NCBI GenBank assembly: GCA_051294375.1
Contig: CM119264.1
Location: 6,903,814-6,967,813 of the forward strand
Reading direction: 5' to 3'
Source: Paraspadella gotoi
Lineage: Eukaryota; Animalia; Chaetognatha
DNA: 64,000 nt
The position numbers and the translations under genes were made by a program. Of this stretch, positions 26,901 through 40,807 are shown piece after piece. The notes beneath the pieces were generated by a model. It made no database searches and was not told the origin of the DNA. It saw nothing but the letters and a program-made list of their open reading frames with translations. The first letter of the stretch is position 1. Every line of letters starts with the position of its first letter.

Positions 26901-29900
26901 TCTTCGTCAATGTCATCTTCGTCGTTTTCGATCGTCGTCATTGTCCAATTTGTCATCTTCGTCAATGTCATCTTCGTCGTTTTCGATCGTCGTCATTGTC
27001 CAATTTGTCATCTTCGTCAATGTCATCTTCGTCGTTTTCGTCGTCGTCATTGTCCAATTTGTCATCTTCGTCAATGTCATCTTCGTCGTTTTCGTCTCGT
27101 CATATGTCCAATTTGTCATCTTCGTCAATGTCATCTTCGTCGTTTTCGTCGTCGTCATTGTCCAATTTGTCATCTTCGTCAATGTCATCTTCGTCGTTTT
27201 CGATCGTCGTCATTGTCCAATTTGTCATCTTCGTCAAGTCATCTTCGTCGTTTTCGTCGTCGTCATTGTCCAATTTGTCATCTTCGTCAATGTCATCTTC
27301 GTCGTTTTCGTCGTCGTCATTGTCCAATTTGTCATCTTCGTCAATGTCATCTTCGTCGTTTTCGTCGTCGTCATTGTCCAATTTTGTCATCTTCGTCAAT
27401 GTCATCTTCGTCGTTTTCGTCGTCGTCATATGGTCCAATTTGTCATCTTCGTCAATGTCATCTTCGTCGTTTTCGTCGTCGTCATCTGTCCAATTTGTCA
27501 TCTTCGTCAATGTCATCTTCGTCGTTTTCGTACGTCGTCATTGTCCAATTGTCATCTTCGTCAATGTCATCTTCGTGTATTTCGTCGTCGTCATTGTTCC
27601 AATTTGTCATCTTCGTCAATGTCATCTTCGTCGTTTTTCGTCGTCGTCATTGTCCAATTTGTCATCTTCGTCAATGTCATCTTCGTCGTTTTCGTCGTCG
27701 TCATTGTCCAATTTGTCATCTTCGTCAATGTCATCTTCGTCGTTTTCGACGTCTGTCATTGTCAATTTGTCATCTCGTCAATGTCATATTCGTCGTTTTC
27801 CGTCGTCGTCATTGTCCAATTTGTCATCTTCGTCAAATGTCATTTCGTCGTTTTCGCGTCGTCATTGTCCAATTTGTCATCTTCGTCAATGTCATCTTCG
27901 TCGTTTTCGTCGTCGTCATTGTCCAATTTTGTCATCTTCGTCAATGTCATCTTCGTCGTTTTCGTCGTCGTCATTGTCCAATTTGTCATCTTCGTCAATG
28001 TCATCTTCGTCGTTTTCGTCGTCGTCATTGTCCAATTTGTCATCTTCGTCAATGTCATCTTCGTCGTTTTCGTCGTCGTCATTGTCCAATTTGTCATCTT
28101 CGTCAATGTCATCTTCGTCGTTTTCGTCGTCGTCATTGTCCAATTTGTCATCTTCGTCAATGTCATCTTCGTCGTTTTCGTACGTCGTCATTGTCAATTT
28201 GTCACATTTCGTCAATGTCATCTTCGTCGTTTTCGTCGTCGTCATTGTCCAATTTGTCAATCTTCGTCAATGTCATCTTCGTCGTTTTCGTCGTCGTCAT
28301 TGTCCAATTTGTCATTCGTCAATGTCATCTTGTCGTTTCTTCGTCGTCATTGTCCATTTTGGTTTCCCCCCCACATCTTCGTCAATGTCATCTTTCGTCG
28401 TTTTCGTCGTCGTCATTGTCCAATTTGTCATCTTCGTCAATGTCATCTTCGTCGTTTTCGTCGTCGTCATTGTCCAATTTGTCATCTTCGTCAATGTCAT
28501 CTTCGTCGTTTTCGCGTCGTCATTGTCCAATTTGTCATCTTCGTCAATGTCATCTTCGTCGTTTTTCGTCGTCGTCATTGTCCAATTTGTCATCTTCGTC
28601 AATGTCAACTTCGTCGTTTTCGTCGTCGTCATTGTCCAATTTGTCATCTTCGTCAATGTCATCTTCGTCCGTTTTCGTCGTCGTCATTGTCCAATTTGTC
28701 ATCTTCGTCAATGTCATCTTCGTCGTTTTCGTCGTCGTCATTGTCCAATTTGTCATCTTCGTCAATGTCATCTTCGTCGTTCGTCGTCTTGTCGATTCGT
28801 CGTGCATCATTCGTCGTTTCCGTCGTCGTGTCCAATTTGTCATCTTCGTCAATGTCATCTTCGTCGTTTTCGTCGTCGTCATTGTCCAATTTGTCATCTT
28901 CGTCAATGTCATCTTCGTCGTTTTCGACGTCGTCATTGTCCAATTTGTCATCTTCGTCCAATGTCATCTTCGTCGTTTTCGTCGTCGTCATTGTCCAATT
29001 TGTCATCTTCGTCAATGTCATCTTCGTCGTTTTCGTCGTCGTCATTGTCCAATTTGTCATCTTCGTCAATGTCATCTTCGTCGTTTTCGTCGTCGTCATT
29101 GTCCAATTTGTCATCTTCGTCAATGTCATGCTTCGTACGTTTCCGCGTCAGTGCATTGTCCAATTTGTCATCTCGTCAATGTCATCTTCGTACGTTTTCG
29201 TCGTCGTCAATTGTCCAAATTTGTCATCTTCGTCAATGTCATCTTCGTCGTTTTCGTCGTCGTCATTGTCCAATTTGTCATCTTCGTCAATGTCAACTCT
29301 CGTCGTTTTCGTCGTCGTCATTGTCCAATTTGTCATCTTCGTCAATGTCATCTTTCGTCGTTTTCGTCGTCGTCATTGTCCAATTTGTCATCTTCGATCA
29401 ATGTCATCTTCGTCGTTTTCGTCGTCGTCATTGTCCAATTTGTCATCTTCGTCAAATGTCATCTTCGTCGTTTTTCGTCGTCGTCATTGTCCAATTTGTC
29501 ATCTTCGTCAATGTCATCTTCGTCGTTTTCGTCGTCGTCATTGTCCAATTTGTCATCTTCGTCATATACATCTTCGTCGTTTTCGCGTCGCGATTGTCCC
29601 ATTTGTCATCTTCGTCAAATGTCATCTTCGTCGTTTCGATCGTCGTCATTGTCCAATTGCATCTTCGCAATGTCATCTGTCTTACGTCCCGTCATTGTCC
29701 AAATTTGCCATCTTCGTCTGATCTTGTCGTTTTCGTCGTCGTCATTGTCCAATTTGTCATCTATCGTCAATGTCATCTTCGTCGTTTTCGTCGTCGTCAT
29801 TGTCCAATTTGTCATCTTCGTCAATGTCATCTTCGTCGTTTTCGTCGTCGTCAATTGTCCAATTTGTCATCTTCGTCAATGTCAATCTTCGTCGTTTTCG

Positions 29901-31470
29901 TCGTCGCATTGTCCAATTTGTCATCTTCGTCAATTGTCATCTTCGTCGTTTTCGCGTCGTCATTGTCCAATTTGTCATCTTCGTCAATGTCATCTTCGTT
30001 CGTTTTCGTCGTCGTCATTGTCAATTTGTCATCTTCCGTCAAATGTCACTTCGTCGTTTTCCGCTCGTCGTCATTGTTCCAATTTTCATCTCGTCAATGT
30101 CATCTTCGTCGTTTTCGTCGTCGTCATTGTCCAATTTGTCATCTTCGTCAATGTCATCTTCGTGTTTCGTCGTCGTCAATTGTCCAATTTGTATCTCGTC
30201 AATGTCATCTTCGTCGTTTTCGTCGTCGTCATTGTCCAATTTGTCACTTCGTCAATGTCATCTTCGTCGTTTTCGTCTCGTCATTGTCAATTTGTCATCT
30301 TCGTCAATGTATCTCGTCGTTTTCGTCGTCGTCATTGTCCAATTGTCAATCTTCGTCAATGTCATCTTCGTCGTTTTCGTCGTCGTCATTGTCCAATTTG
30401 TCATCTTCGTCAATGTCATCTCGTCGTTTTCGTCGTCGTCATTGTCCAATTTGTCATCTCGTCAATGTCATCTTCGTCGTTTCGTCGTCGTCATTGTCCA
30501 AATTGTCAATCTTCGTCAATGTCATCTTCGTCGTTTTCGTCGTCGTCATGTCCAATTTGTCATCTTCGTCAATGTCATCTTCGTCGTTTCGTCGTCGTCA
30601 TTGTCCAATTTGTCATCTTCGTCAATGTCATCTTCGTCGTTTTCGTCGTCGTCATTGTCCAATTTGTCATCTATTCGTCAATGTCATCTTCGTCGTTTCG
30701 TCGTCGTCATTTGTCCAATTTGTCATCTTCGTCATGTCAATCTTCTCGTTTTCACGTCGTCATTGTCCAATTTGTCATCTTCGTCATGTCAATCTTCGTC
30801 GTTTTCGTCGTCGTCATTGTCCAATTTGTCATCTTCGTCAATGTCATCTTCGTCGTTTTTCGTCGTCGTCATTGTCCAATTTGTCATCTTCGTCAATGTC
30901 ATTCTTCGTCGTTTTCGAGCTCGTCTGCTCCAATTCGCAATCTTCCAATGATTCTTGTCTCGACTGGTCATTGGTCCAATGTATCTCTTCAATGTCATTC
31001 GTCGTCCCTTATTCATTGTCCATGTTCGTCATTATCTCGGTCGACGTTATGTCATGCATCTTCGTCAATGTCCATCTTCGTCTGTTTTCGTCGTCGTCAT
31101 TGTCGCAATTTGTCAATCTTCGTCAATATGTCATCTTCAGTCCGTTTCGTCGGTCGTCATTTGTCCAATTGTCATCTTCGGTCAATGTCATCTTTCCGTC
31201 GTTTTCGTCGTCGTTCCAATTGTCCATTTGTCACTTCCGTCAATGTCCATTCGTCGTTTTCGTCGTCAGTCCATGTCCCAATTTTGTCCATCTTCGTCAA
31301 ATGTCATCTTCGTCGTTTTCGTCGTCGTCATTGTCCAATTTGTCGTGCTCTTAAACTCTGGGTCGTCGTCATTGTCGTCGTCGTCGTCGTCCTCCTCCTC
31401 CTCCCTATTATCATCCCTCCGCGTTTCGACGGGACGATTATTGTTTATGCGTTTGCGAATTCCCTCCTAC
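24000..31470 (-). CDS. Candidate giant exon encoding an Asp/Glu-rich repeat protein
   Basis: Unit = 18 codons, ENDEDDIDEDDKLDNDDD. Upstream flank EGIRKRINNNRPVETRRDDNREEEEDDDDDDNDDDPEFK after cgcag/tag; downstream flank DENDKDF..DDDDDDEEESDL. Frame continuity requires correcting indels. Confidence 0.45.
24130..24870. repeat. Degenerate ~45-70 bp tandem repeat (AGACTTCACCGCCTCTTCTCTTTCCCG...)
   Basis: Recurring AGACTTCACCGC anchor. The minus strand reads as EEAVKS.REVER.GGKE-like charged repeats. Confidence 0.85.
25030..31345. repeat. 54-bp tandem array, roughly 115-120 copies, unit GTCGTCGTCATTGTCCAATTTGTCATCTTCGTCAATGTCATCTTCGTCGTTTTC
   Basis: Directly visible, with many scattered 1-nt indels. 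Copy number estimated as length/54. Confidence 0.98.
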
Positions 31471-31726
31471 TGCGACGACGATGGCGACGACAACGACAAC
31501 AACGATAACAACAACTGCAACAAAGATGGTAACAGTGGTGACAGTGAGGAAAAGGACGCCCACGACGACGACGACGACGACGATAATGACGACGTTTTTA
31601 TCGATATTAGTTTTCAAAGTTTCCACTTGGTTTCGTTTTTCCAGTTTCATTATTGGATCAGATCGAAATCACGAGTTTACAGAATTTGTTTTTTATTCAT
31701 GCCATGTTTCCCATGCCGACGGAGGC

Positions 31727-31848
<122 letters not shown>

Positions 31849-32805
31849 ACGCTTATATTTTTACGCGTATTTCCTTTGTTCTTTTTTTCTTCTGTTTTCC
31901 ACCCACGAGTCAACGTGGCGCCATCATCGACAGCGACACCAACGGCGGAGGATTGAATTACGGTTCGTCACGGAAAACGTTGGGGGGAAAGAACTCGGTA
32001 GAGAATGAAGGGCGAAAAGTGAAGAAAGAAGGAAAGGGAAGAGTTTGAAGGAATGAGGAGAATGATCGGGAGGAAAGGCAGAATGTTCGAGGGAGAATTT
32101 CCGTCAAGACTGACAACAAGAACAACAAATACGACAACAACGACGACATCGAAATTCGAAGCACTTACGTCAGGCCGACGATATAAGAGACAAGACATTC
32201 GAAGTCAATCAAGAAGATTCGCTGATTTCTGCAATAATCAATATGGCTTCGTTATGAGGAGGAGAAAAAGGTTGGGAACAAGGGAGAATTTGAAATAGAT
32301 GAAAGGAAAAAATAAAAAATAAAATCAAAATAAAATTTAAAAGAAAAATCGTAAAACATTCATCAATTTTTCTTCCTGCGAAATAAAAAAAGAACAAATA
32401 ACTAAATTCAAACTTCGGATGATTTCAGTTTCGAGGAAAAAAAGTCACTCGAGAAAAATAAAATAAAAAATTCGAAAGAGCAAAATGGATTTTTTAAGAA
32501 AAAAAATTGGCAACGGACGGAGAAAGTTTAAAAAAAAAAAGAAAAGAAAAATGGCTTTATTCCCTCTCTTTCTCTCTCTCTCTCGTCCTCTTTTCATCGA
32601 GCTCTCTCGCTCTGACGCTCCCCATCCAACTTCCTTACCATGGAATCCTCGCAGAAAGCAACGAGACCGGCAGAAGCGGCTCCGGCGATACCGGCAGCGA
32701 CGGCGAGACGCGGCAGAGGCGGCAGCGGCGGCAGTGGCGGCTGAAGCGGAGGGGCGGGAAATATGTTGAAAAGGTGATGGCTCTCCTCGCTCTCACCTTT
32801 TCGCG

Positions 32806-32846
<41 letters not shown>

Positions 32847-32850
32847 AGAG

Positions 32851-32881
<31 letters not shown>

Positions 32882-33142
32882 AGAGAGAGAAGAGAGAGTG
32901 TGAGAGAGAGAGTCGGTAGGCGGTAAGGAAGTAAAGAGGAAGAAAAAAGACGAAAAAAAATATTTGAAAAGAAAAAAAAAACAAGAGAAAAGTAGTCCCT
33001 GTTGGTGAGAGGTAAAAAAAGTGTGAAAAAAGGTGAGGTGAAGCAGAGAAAGAGAAGCATTAACAAAAATACGAGAGGCGACGACAAAAGGTGGGAATGA
33101 ACATAAGGAGGAAAAGGAGGAAAGAAGAGGAAGGAAAGAAAA

Positions 33143-33224
<82 letters not shown>

Positions 33225-33867
33225 GTTTAACTTAAAATTTAAGTTAAATCAAGAAATTGGATCAAGATTCGGTCTCGTTTCTAAATTTTTCTCTTTTTTT
33301 AGTGTCTGTTCTTTTGTTTTGTTTCGTTTTATTACAGAAAAACAAAGGGCGGACTCTATCGGCGTCGATCGAAGTTCGATCGAAATTCTATCTATGACGC
33401 GGATGACGTTCGCCGGGTTTGCTGAGTGGACGCCGACGCCGACGCCGACGTCGTCGTTGTCAGCTGGATCCGGGGCAATGAGAGCGATGTTTCAGTCCAA
33501 ATAATTGTAGCCTGAACTTTTTTGAATGCGATTTAAATCGTAATGTAACTTCCCAGAAATCACGGACAACCCGTCAAAATCTCATCTCTTTCCCCGACGT
33601 CTCATCTCTTTTTCAAACATCCGGCAAGTTCATCATTCCAGTCAGACTTCCCCTTCGACAACAACATCCGCAACAGATAGGGATCCCCCTCCGGTCCCCA
33701 AAGCACCCCCACGTCAACCTCCTGATGCAACCCCTTCCCTCCCCTCGCCTCTCAGCCGTGGATCGAATTTCCCGCCGTCATTCTGAGCGGCGAATTCTCG
33801 CTGTCTGATCGCCTTTTATTTTTAAACCATTTTTATTTAAAAAAAACAAAAAACAAACAGAAAATGC

Positions 33868-33921
<54 letters not shown>

Positions 33922-34885
33922 TCCGCATGGGTCGGACCGTCCCGTTTCGTCGCGCATGGGCGAGCATAGAAACAGGGATAGAAGCAGGGATACAACCGAC
34001 GATGATGATGGAATGAATTCCTCCATTATTAATCCTTTCGTGCTGGAGAGATGGAGATGGGGAGAGATGGAGTTATTTGACAACATTGCGGAGCAACGCT
34101 AGTAAAATTGCTTTGTCAATAACAAATAGATAGAAAAATGGTTGGCCTCTGTTTTCAAGTCGTTTTCTCCTCGTTTCATTTATCTCCATTATCCCCTCTT
34201 ACATTATATGCCACTTACGGACTTGGTCTCATGGCAGTTGCTAATTTTATAGTTTATTTCAATATTCCAATAAAAGTTTTTTTTATTGCTTTTCTTCTTG
34301 AAAATACGATATATTTCACTTTTTAATCATCGCTTCAGAACGAAAATTCCCTCGGAACAACATCGCTAATTCCCGGTTTAAAGATGCCGTCGAGAAAATT
34401 TAATATAGAAATTCGATTAAATTTCAGAGAGCGGCTAAAGCCTTCTCGAATTGTTTTACATACGGACCTTTATTCCGTCTGATAAATATCGTGCTACATC
34501 CGGAGCCATAGTATTTTACTATCTCCCATATTTCTTTTCGTTTCTCTTCTTTTGTTTCCTCTCCTTCTTCTTCATCTTCTTCTTCCTCTTCTTCCTCTCC
34601 AGGATGCAGATCACGTGGTAGTCGAGAATCACGGATGACGTTTCAATTCTTTTTTTGACGAAGATTTCTCGATGCGAATTGAACAACGAGGAATGGAAGG
34701 CAAATCGGAAATATTTTAGACTAACGTAATAGAATAAAGTTACTGAGATTTATGGACGAGACTTGTTCAACCTGCGGAGAGAATGTGTTTATATAAACTA
34801 TGGAATAAATCTCTGGGGGGAAAACAGAATGGATTCTCATGAGTCATGACTTTTCAATTTTTTCTTTCTCTCTTCTCTCTCTCTT

Positions 34886-34919
<34 letters not shown>

Positions 34920-35878
34920 CTTCTCTCTTCTCTCTCTTCTCTCTCTCTCTCTCCTCTCTCTCTCTTTTAAGTTTCAACACCGTAAAATTGAATTTATGAT
35001 AAGTTTGTGTATATTATCAAGTAATTTTTCCAATCTTCTAAACATTTTTACTTTATTTTTTTTTCAGATTATCAAACTAAAGAAAACTTTTGAACATATC
35101 TTCATTGCCATATCAGAGCCAACAAGCCATCCATATCAGTGCTAAACGACTTCATCTACTTAGTTCACACTTCGTTCATATCACAACGAAAGATTAACAC
35201 ACAACCTCACTCTCCCATTTGAAAAAAAAGTCATCATCTACACATCGGGAAAAAAAATGTTCTTAATTCTCCGGGAACATAAAGCGGACTCACCCAAACT
35301 CACCTCGGACTATCACTTCCTGAACTATAACAACAACAACAACAATGTCTTTTTCGTTTCTCCGGAAAAAGGAATAGGCCGACATCCGATGTCACACCTC
35401 GCGGGCCTTTTGTGACATCCGAATCGTGATTTTTTTTTCCTTCTTGCCTATTTCAGTAACTTTCTCACTTTCCCTTTCTCTCTCCTACTCTTTTTCTCTC
35501 TTCGACCCATTTTAGCGCTTTTTTTTTCATTTCCAACAAATCTCCCCATTTTTCCTCCAACTCTTTCATTTTCGGCATATCTGCCCTTTTCCAGTAAGAA
35601 TCTTGGCATCAATAATTTGGAGCACGGCCTCATTTTGGATACAACAACCCATTCAGGCCGTAACCCTAATCCTGGTGCGATTTTCATTTCTGGTACGTCT
35701 CTCCATTTTCGGCAAAGCTTTATATTTCCGGCAAATATTTTCATTTCCGACCCGTCTCTGCTTTTCCGGCTCATCTTTTCGTATCCGGCAAGTCTCTCTC
35801 TTTCCTACGCGTCTCCCCATTTCCTTCTCCCATCCGTTCACATTTTCCGCCACGCCCTCTTGTCTCCCAGCGACAAAA

Positions 35879-36120
35879 ATGCGCGGCGACGAATATTCGC
35901 TTCTATCCGACGTCTTTCGTCGGCGCGGGACTGCGTCGCGGCGCCATGACGCCGGAAAACGGAGTGCGACGGCGCCGAAGACGCATTGCGGCGCCGGCGG
36001 ACATAGCGCCACGCGAGCAAGGAGATGGGCGGCGCCGTCTGACGTCATTGTCGTCGTCGTCGTCGTTTTGGCCTTTGTCATGACGGAGGATTTCTTCGGG
36101 GGGAGAATCAAGCTGAAGAG
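35879..36120 (+). CDS. IgSF gene, first coding exon (hydrophobic leader/anchor)
   Basis: AAAAATG start just after a tctcccag acceptor. MRGDEYSLL...DVIVVVVVVLAFVMTEDFFGGRIKLK, donor AG|GTAAGG in phase 2, matching the next exon. Confidence 0.6.
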
Positions 36121-37141
36121 GTAAGGGGTATTTTGGTTCGGAGAAGTTAAGGGGATGGTTCGATGAAAGGAGAAAACCCTTTTGCTCGAACCGAAGTAAA
36201 CTAGCGTATATGAAATAATGAAAAGTAGGGAAATAAAAAAAATAACTCGATACCAAAAATAGTGAAAAACTAAATGTGATTTTTTTTCGCCATTTTTTAG
36301 TAGGTAGCGATTTATAGGCTACAAAGAAATGGAAGGATACTACACTGTAGCCTACAGAAAGGAAATTTGATTTATATTCTGAAACATTCTGATTCTTTTA
36401 AAAATCGAACAAGTTTTCGAGTAGATTTTCCACTAAAAATGTGATATACTTTTGCCTAGATGGTTTGTATATCGAACCAAGGCTTCTAAAATTGAAACAT
36501 GAATAGCGAATAAGTACATATATACTTTAAAAAATTACCTAACAAAAGAGAAAACAGAGACAAGAAAAGTGGAAGACTAAAAAGAAAAATCGGAAAATCG
36601 GAAATCGTGCGTTTTTTTTTCTCGTTGTCCTTAATAACTTAATTAAGTAATCTACTTTCTCTATCTCTCCTTATGTTTGTCTGTTGAACTATCTGGGCGT
36701 TTACTGTCGAAACATAAACCTAATTATAGTTTACCAAAAAAAATTGATGTTAAATCAGACTCTGCAACACGTGATAGCGAATGTTGAAAGAAGTAAAATG
36801 ATTTAATATGGATTTCGACCTCCGCCGATGTCGAATACAGATCTCAGATCTCAGATCTCAGATTCTCTTTTTATTTTTTATTTTTTCTTTAATTTCTTTT
36901 TTTTTCTTTCTTATCTTTAGTATATATCTCCACTAACAGCTAGCATTTTCCCCCCTTTTTTTCTTTATTATTGTTTCTACACTCTCTTCGTTTTATTAAT
37001 ATTTTTTTAAATTTTTTTCTCTCTCAGTTCGTTTTAATTTATTTTCATTCTTGCTCTATTTCTTTAATCCTTTTTTTTTCATTCCGTCTTTCTTTCTTCT
37101 GACAAGCCGAGTGATAAGAATTCCCATGAATCGCATACGAA

Positions 37142-37270
<129 letters not shown>

Positions 37271-37600
37271 CCTTCTTTTTTCTCTCCCTCTCTCACTCTG
37301 TCTCTTTGGCAAAAATCTCCGCGATTCCTTTTCTTTTTTTTCCTTCAAACTTTTGTCTTCGAAAAAAGATTTTCGGAATCAAAGTGCTTGTGATTTATTT
37401 TATAGCGTAATCATTGTAATCTTTGTCACATGTCATAAAGAAATTCGACCTTCAATCGTGTTCGTGATCGTGGTGTTAAAATTCAAACGGTTGATGACAA
37501 TTTCGGTGCCGTAACCTATAATCTTAAATATTCATTTAACCAACGAGACACTCGCGCTTCCTTTTTGTTCAATACAACCCTTGTTGTTTTGTTTCCTTAG

Positions 37601-37737
37601 TTCCCCAGGCGGCCGACCCGGCGCTGGCGTCGCCGCAATGGACTTTCTGCAATCGGTCGTCGTCGTCGGGTCCAGCATCTCCTTTCGATGTCCCTCCAAT
37701 AACAAACTCTCCGCAGTCTGGATTAAACTTTCCGAAG
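37601..37737 (+). CDS. IgSF gene exon, N-terminal half of an Ig domain (B-strand Cys, C-strand Trp)
   Basis: tttccttag|...|gtacga, phase 2 to 1. SPGGRPGAGVAAMDFLQSVVVVGSSISFRCPSNNKLSAVWIKLSE. Noisy duplicate at 53305-53443. Confidence 0.7.
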
Positions 37738-38120
37738 GTACGAGGGCAACTTGACATTTTTAATAAGTTTATTAATTTCTTAATCGTTTAATTAAACCGT
37801 TTTTTAATCAATTTGACGGTATAGTTAGTGATTGTGATTTTTGAAACTTAGTTGTCGATGAGGATGCGTTGAGAAAAAGCAGTGTAAAATTTTTAAAAGA
37901 CAAATATAAAACTACGCACAAAAGAAATTATACATTATCAAATTAAGTAAATTTATTTATCTTCTAAAGCCCCAATCAAGCCGTTGGAATTGCGAGAGTT
38001 TAAAATGATTTACTACGATGTTAATGTTTAATCAAGAATAAGTCTAATTTTAAACAACATATTATGAAAAATATATTTGTGTCTCAGTCTTATTTAAAAA
38101 TTCACTCTCACTTAGTCAAG

Positions 38121-38363
38121 GCTGTGAAGAGAAAATCTTGGAGGGCGAAGCTTTAATCAGGCGACGGCAGGAGACGCCAGGCGACGGCAGGAGACGCCAG
38201 GCGACGAATTCACTCTCCATCCGGTGACAATTTTCATTTGTCATTAGCGCCTGGAAAGAAATGAAGAAGGGAGTAATGGATCGGCTCCGGCTGATGACTC
38301 GTGGCTAACGACTCCGTGGTTTCTCTCAAGGACTCGGCTGCCAAGCTGGTCTCTCTAATGGTT
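38121..38363 (+). CDS. IgSF gene exon, probable C-terminal half of the first V-type domain (indel-damaged)
   Basis: Phase-1 compatible AG at 38120. The duplicate at ~53836-54067 reads RFTSPSGEQFSFCISAWERMKTGVWI..C...CKLVSLMV, resembling D/E/F/G strands. Confidence 0.45.
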
Positions 38364-39305
38364 GTATTTAAAAATAACCCGGGGAGGTTATGACAACCTG
38401 GCTTTTTAAATTATTGAGTAGACCACAATATCGGGCGAAGAGGGATTTTCAGCGTTGAGACAGAATTAGATGTCATTTTTAGTTGGATTGGAGTTACAAA
38501 TGATTACAATCACAACAAAGATAAACATCGCTTCTTTTTTTAAATGCGACAAACGGTGAAGGAAACTATCGCGAGAGATTTGTGAATGAAATCACGAAAT
38601 ACGTTTGTTAAAAGCAAATCAATATAACTTGTTCGGAAGGAAAAAGAATAATTACCATAAATAAGTAAAAGTTACACTGGGAGTGAATAAATAAGACTGT
38701 GAGAGAGTCTTGATTGAAAGCTTGCAGAAACCTGCTATGTTATTATCTTGTAAGTGTGATGGAGGCCTTAAACCACCAAAGCCTGTCCAAAGTCAGGGAC
38801 AAGATAGCTTATTTATTAAATGAATGGATAATTTTTATATTGGTTGTACCAATTTCATATATGTATGTATATGAAGTCCTACTTATTTTAGTTCAGCCCA
38901 AAAGAAAACGCGGACTAAAAAAAAACACTGTGCTACACAGTTGGCTCACGAATGTGAAAGGGAAAAGGGCAAAGGGCAGAAACTCTTCGACTATGGAAAG
39001 GAGCTATTGTCAACGGAATTCTTGCGAAGATGAAAAATATTAGTTTTCTTATAAGCAACAAACGTTAATCGTTTTTTATGACAAAAATAAACGAATCATA
39101 ATTCAGCAATCAGTTCATGTTGTCTGATATCTTGTCTTAGTTTTTGTCCGCTCAAATTTCTGAGTGGAACGCTCCATCAATTCTCAATATCGGCCACTCG
39201 ACGACTTCGGCTCGAAACGTCTTTGTTAATCTCGCCTTCCAACGATGAAAGGCCCAAATGGTTGAGCGGTTATTAAACCGGACGGAATATTAAGTCATGA
39301 CATAA

Positions 39306-39345
<40 letters not shown>

Positions 39346-39512
39346 TCTCTCTCTCCTCTCTCCTCTTAACTCGCTTGTCTCGCTCTTCTTCCTTTCTTTC
39401 TTTACCTGCATAGAAATGTTTGACCTTGGATGTTCTCTCCTTTCGTTCCATCTCATAACGTCCTCGGAGCAATACCGTCTCGTTTGTCTCTCTCTTCTTG
39501 CCCATCTCTCTC

Positions 39513-39592
<80 letters not shown>

Positions 39593-40750
39593 CTCTCTCC
39601 TTTCATTGGCAATCTTTTCTTTTTTTTTCGTTCTGTTTTGTCAAAAGAGTGCGAGATTAATGAATCGCGTTTCTGCCGCTTTGTTTTCTTGTTTTCACCG
39701 GAATTTTTTCTCCTTTGCTTTCAACACAATTTTTTTTTAATTTCTCTTTTTCTTCAAACTCTCATCTAACTCTCTCTCAACACTCTCATACTTCTCTTTT
39801 TTCTTTTCTCTCGCACTTCTCATCACAAAGACATTCTCGTTTTCTCCCTATTTGAGCCCACGCGCGTTTTCTCATTTTTTTTCGGTTTTTCGTATAGACA
39901 GGCTATTTTTTATCCCCATATTTCCAGAAAACTTTGACTCTGTTCTTCTCTCTTTCATTCCTTTCTTCCGGCTTCCTCCTTCTTTTCTCTTCTCAGATTT
40001 TACTCTGCTTTTCTTTCTTTTGATATTCCTTTCTCTTTTCTTTATTCTTTTGTTTTTTTTTGACTCGGCTTCTCATCTTATCGTTCCTTTTTTTGTCTCC
40101 CTTCTATCTCTCCGTCCTTTTTCGTCCTTTCTTTTTTTCCTTTCTTTTCTTTCCTCCACATTCTCTCCTTTTCTTTCCTCCTTCTCATTACTACTCGAGG
40201 GACTCTTCTTTTTTATCTCCGACATTCTACATAGAAATTTCCTCGACTTTTCCTTTCCTCTCTTTTCTCCTTTCTTGCAGAAGAGAAACGATTCTGGCGT
40301 CAAAATTGGAAGACGGACGTTTGTCTTTTTTTAGCTTTGGAGGAAAGACAAATGATTAGCGCAGGAAGGCTTACGAGTTCGAATCCGCATATAAATATTT
40401 CTTTTTTGCCCACCTTTTTTCCTATTTAAAAATTTTGTTTTTCTTTTTTTCTTTTCGCCCGGATGCTTGAAGAATATGGCTCGGATTACATCCGGGCGTT
40501 GGTAACAACAAAAAAATTATATCCGGCCAGAATAAGGAGATTTCAATACATACTGTTTTACCATGATATCCTCCATTCGCGTGAAAAGTAATATTTTGAT
40601 TAAGTATGAACTTTCTACGCTTCATACTTGTTACTTTTCCCTTTTTTTTCTTTTGTATTCTTTCTGTATTTTGGGCGTTCTTGCGTTTTATTGTTTCGGT
40701 TTTTACCACCCGAGGATTTCGGAACATCTTCTCCTTGAGCATAAAACAAT

Positions 40751-40807
<57 letters not shown>

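Noticed and set aside
25030-31345. CRISPR-like array
   Set aside because: Head-to-tail units with no unique spacers, no cas genes and a eukaryotic context.
24820-31508. Giant plus-strand ORFs (1633-2165 aa), including a zinc-finger-looking RRRHCPICHLRQCHL repeat
   Set aside because: The 54-bp unit lacks stops in all three plus frames, so these ORFs drift between Ser-, Val- and Arg/Cys-rich peptides at every indel. They are antisense shadows of Asp/Glu codons.
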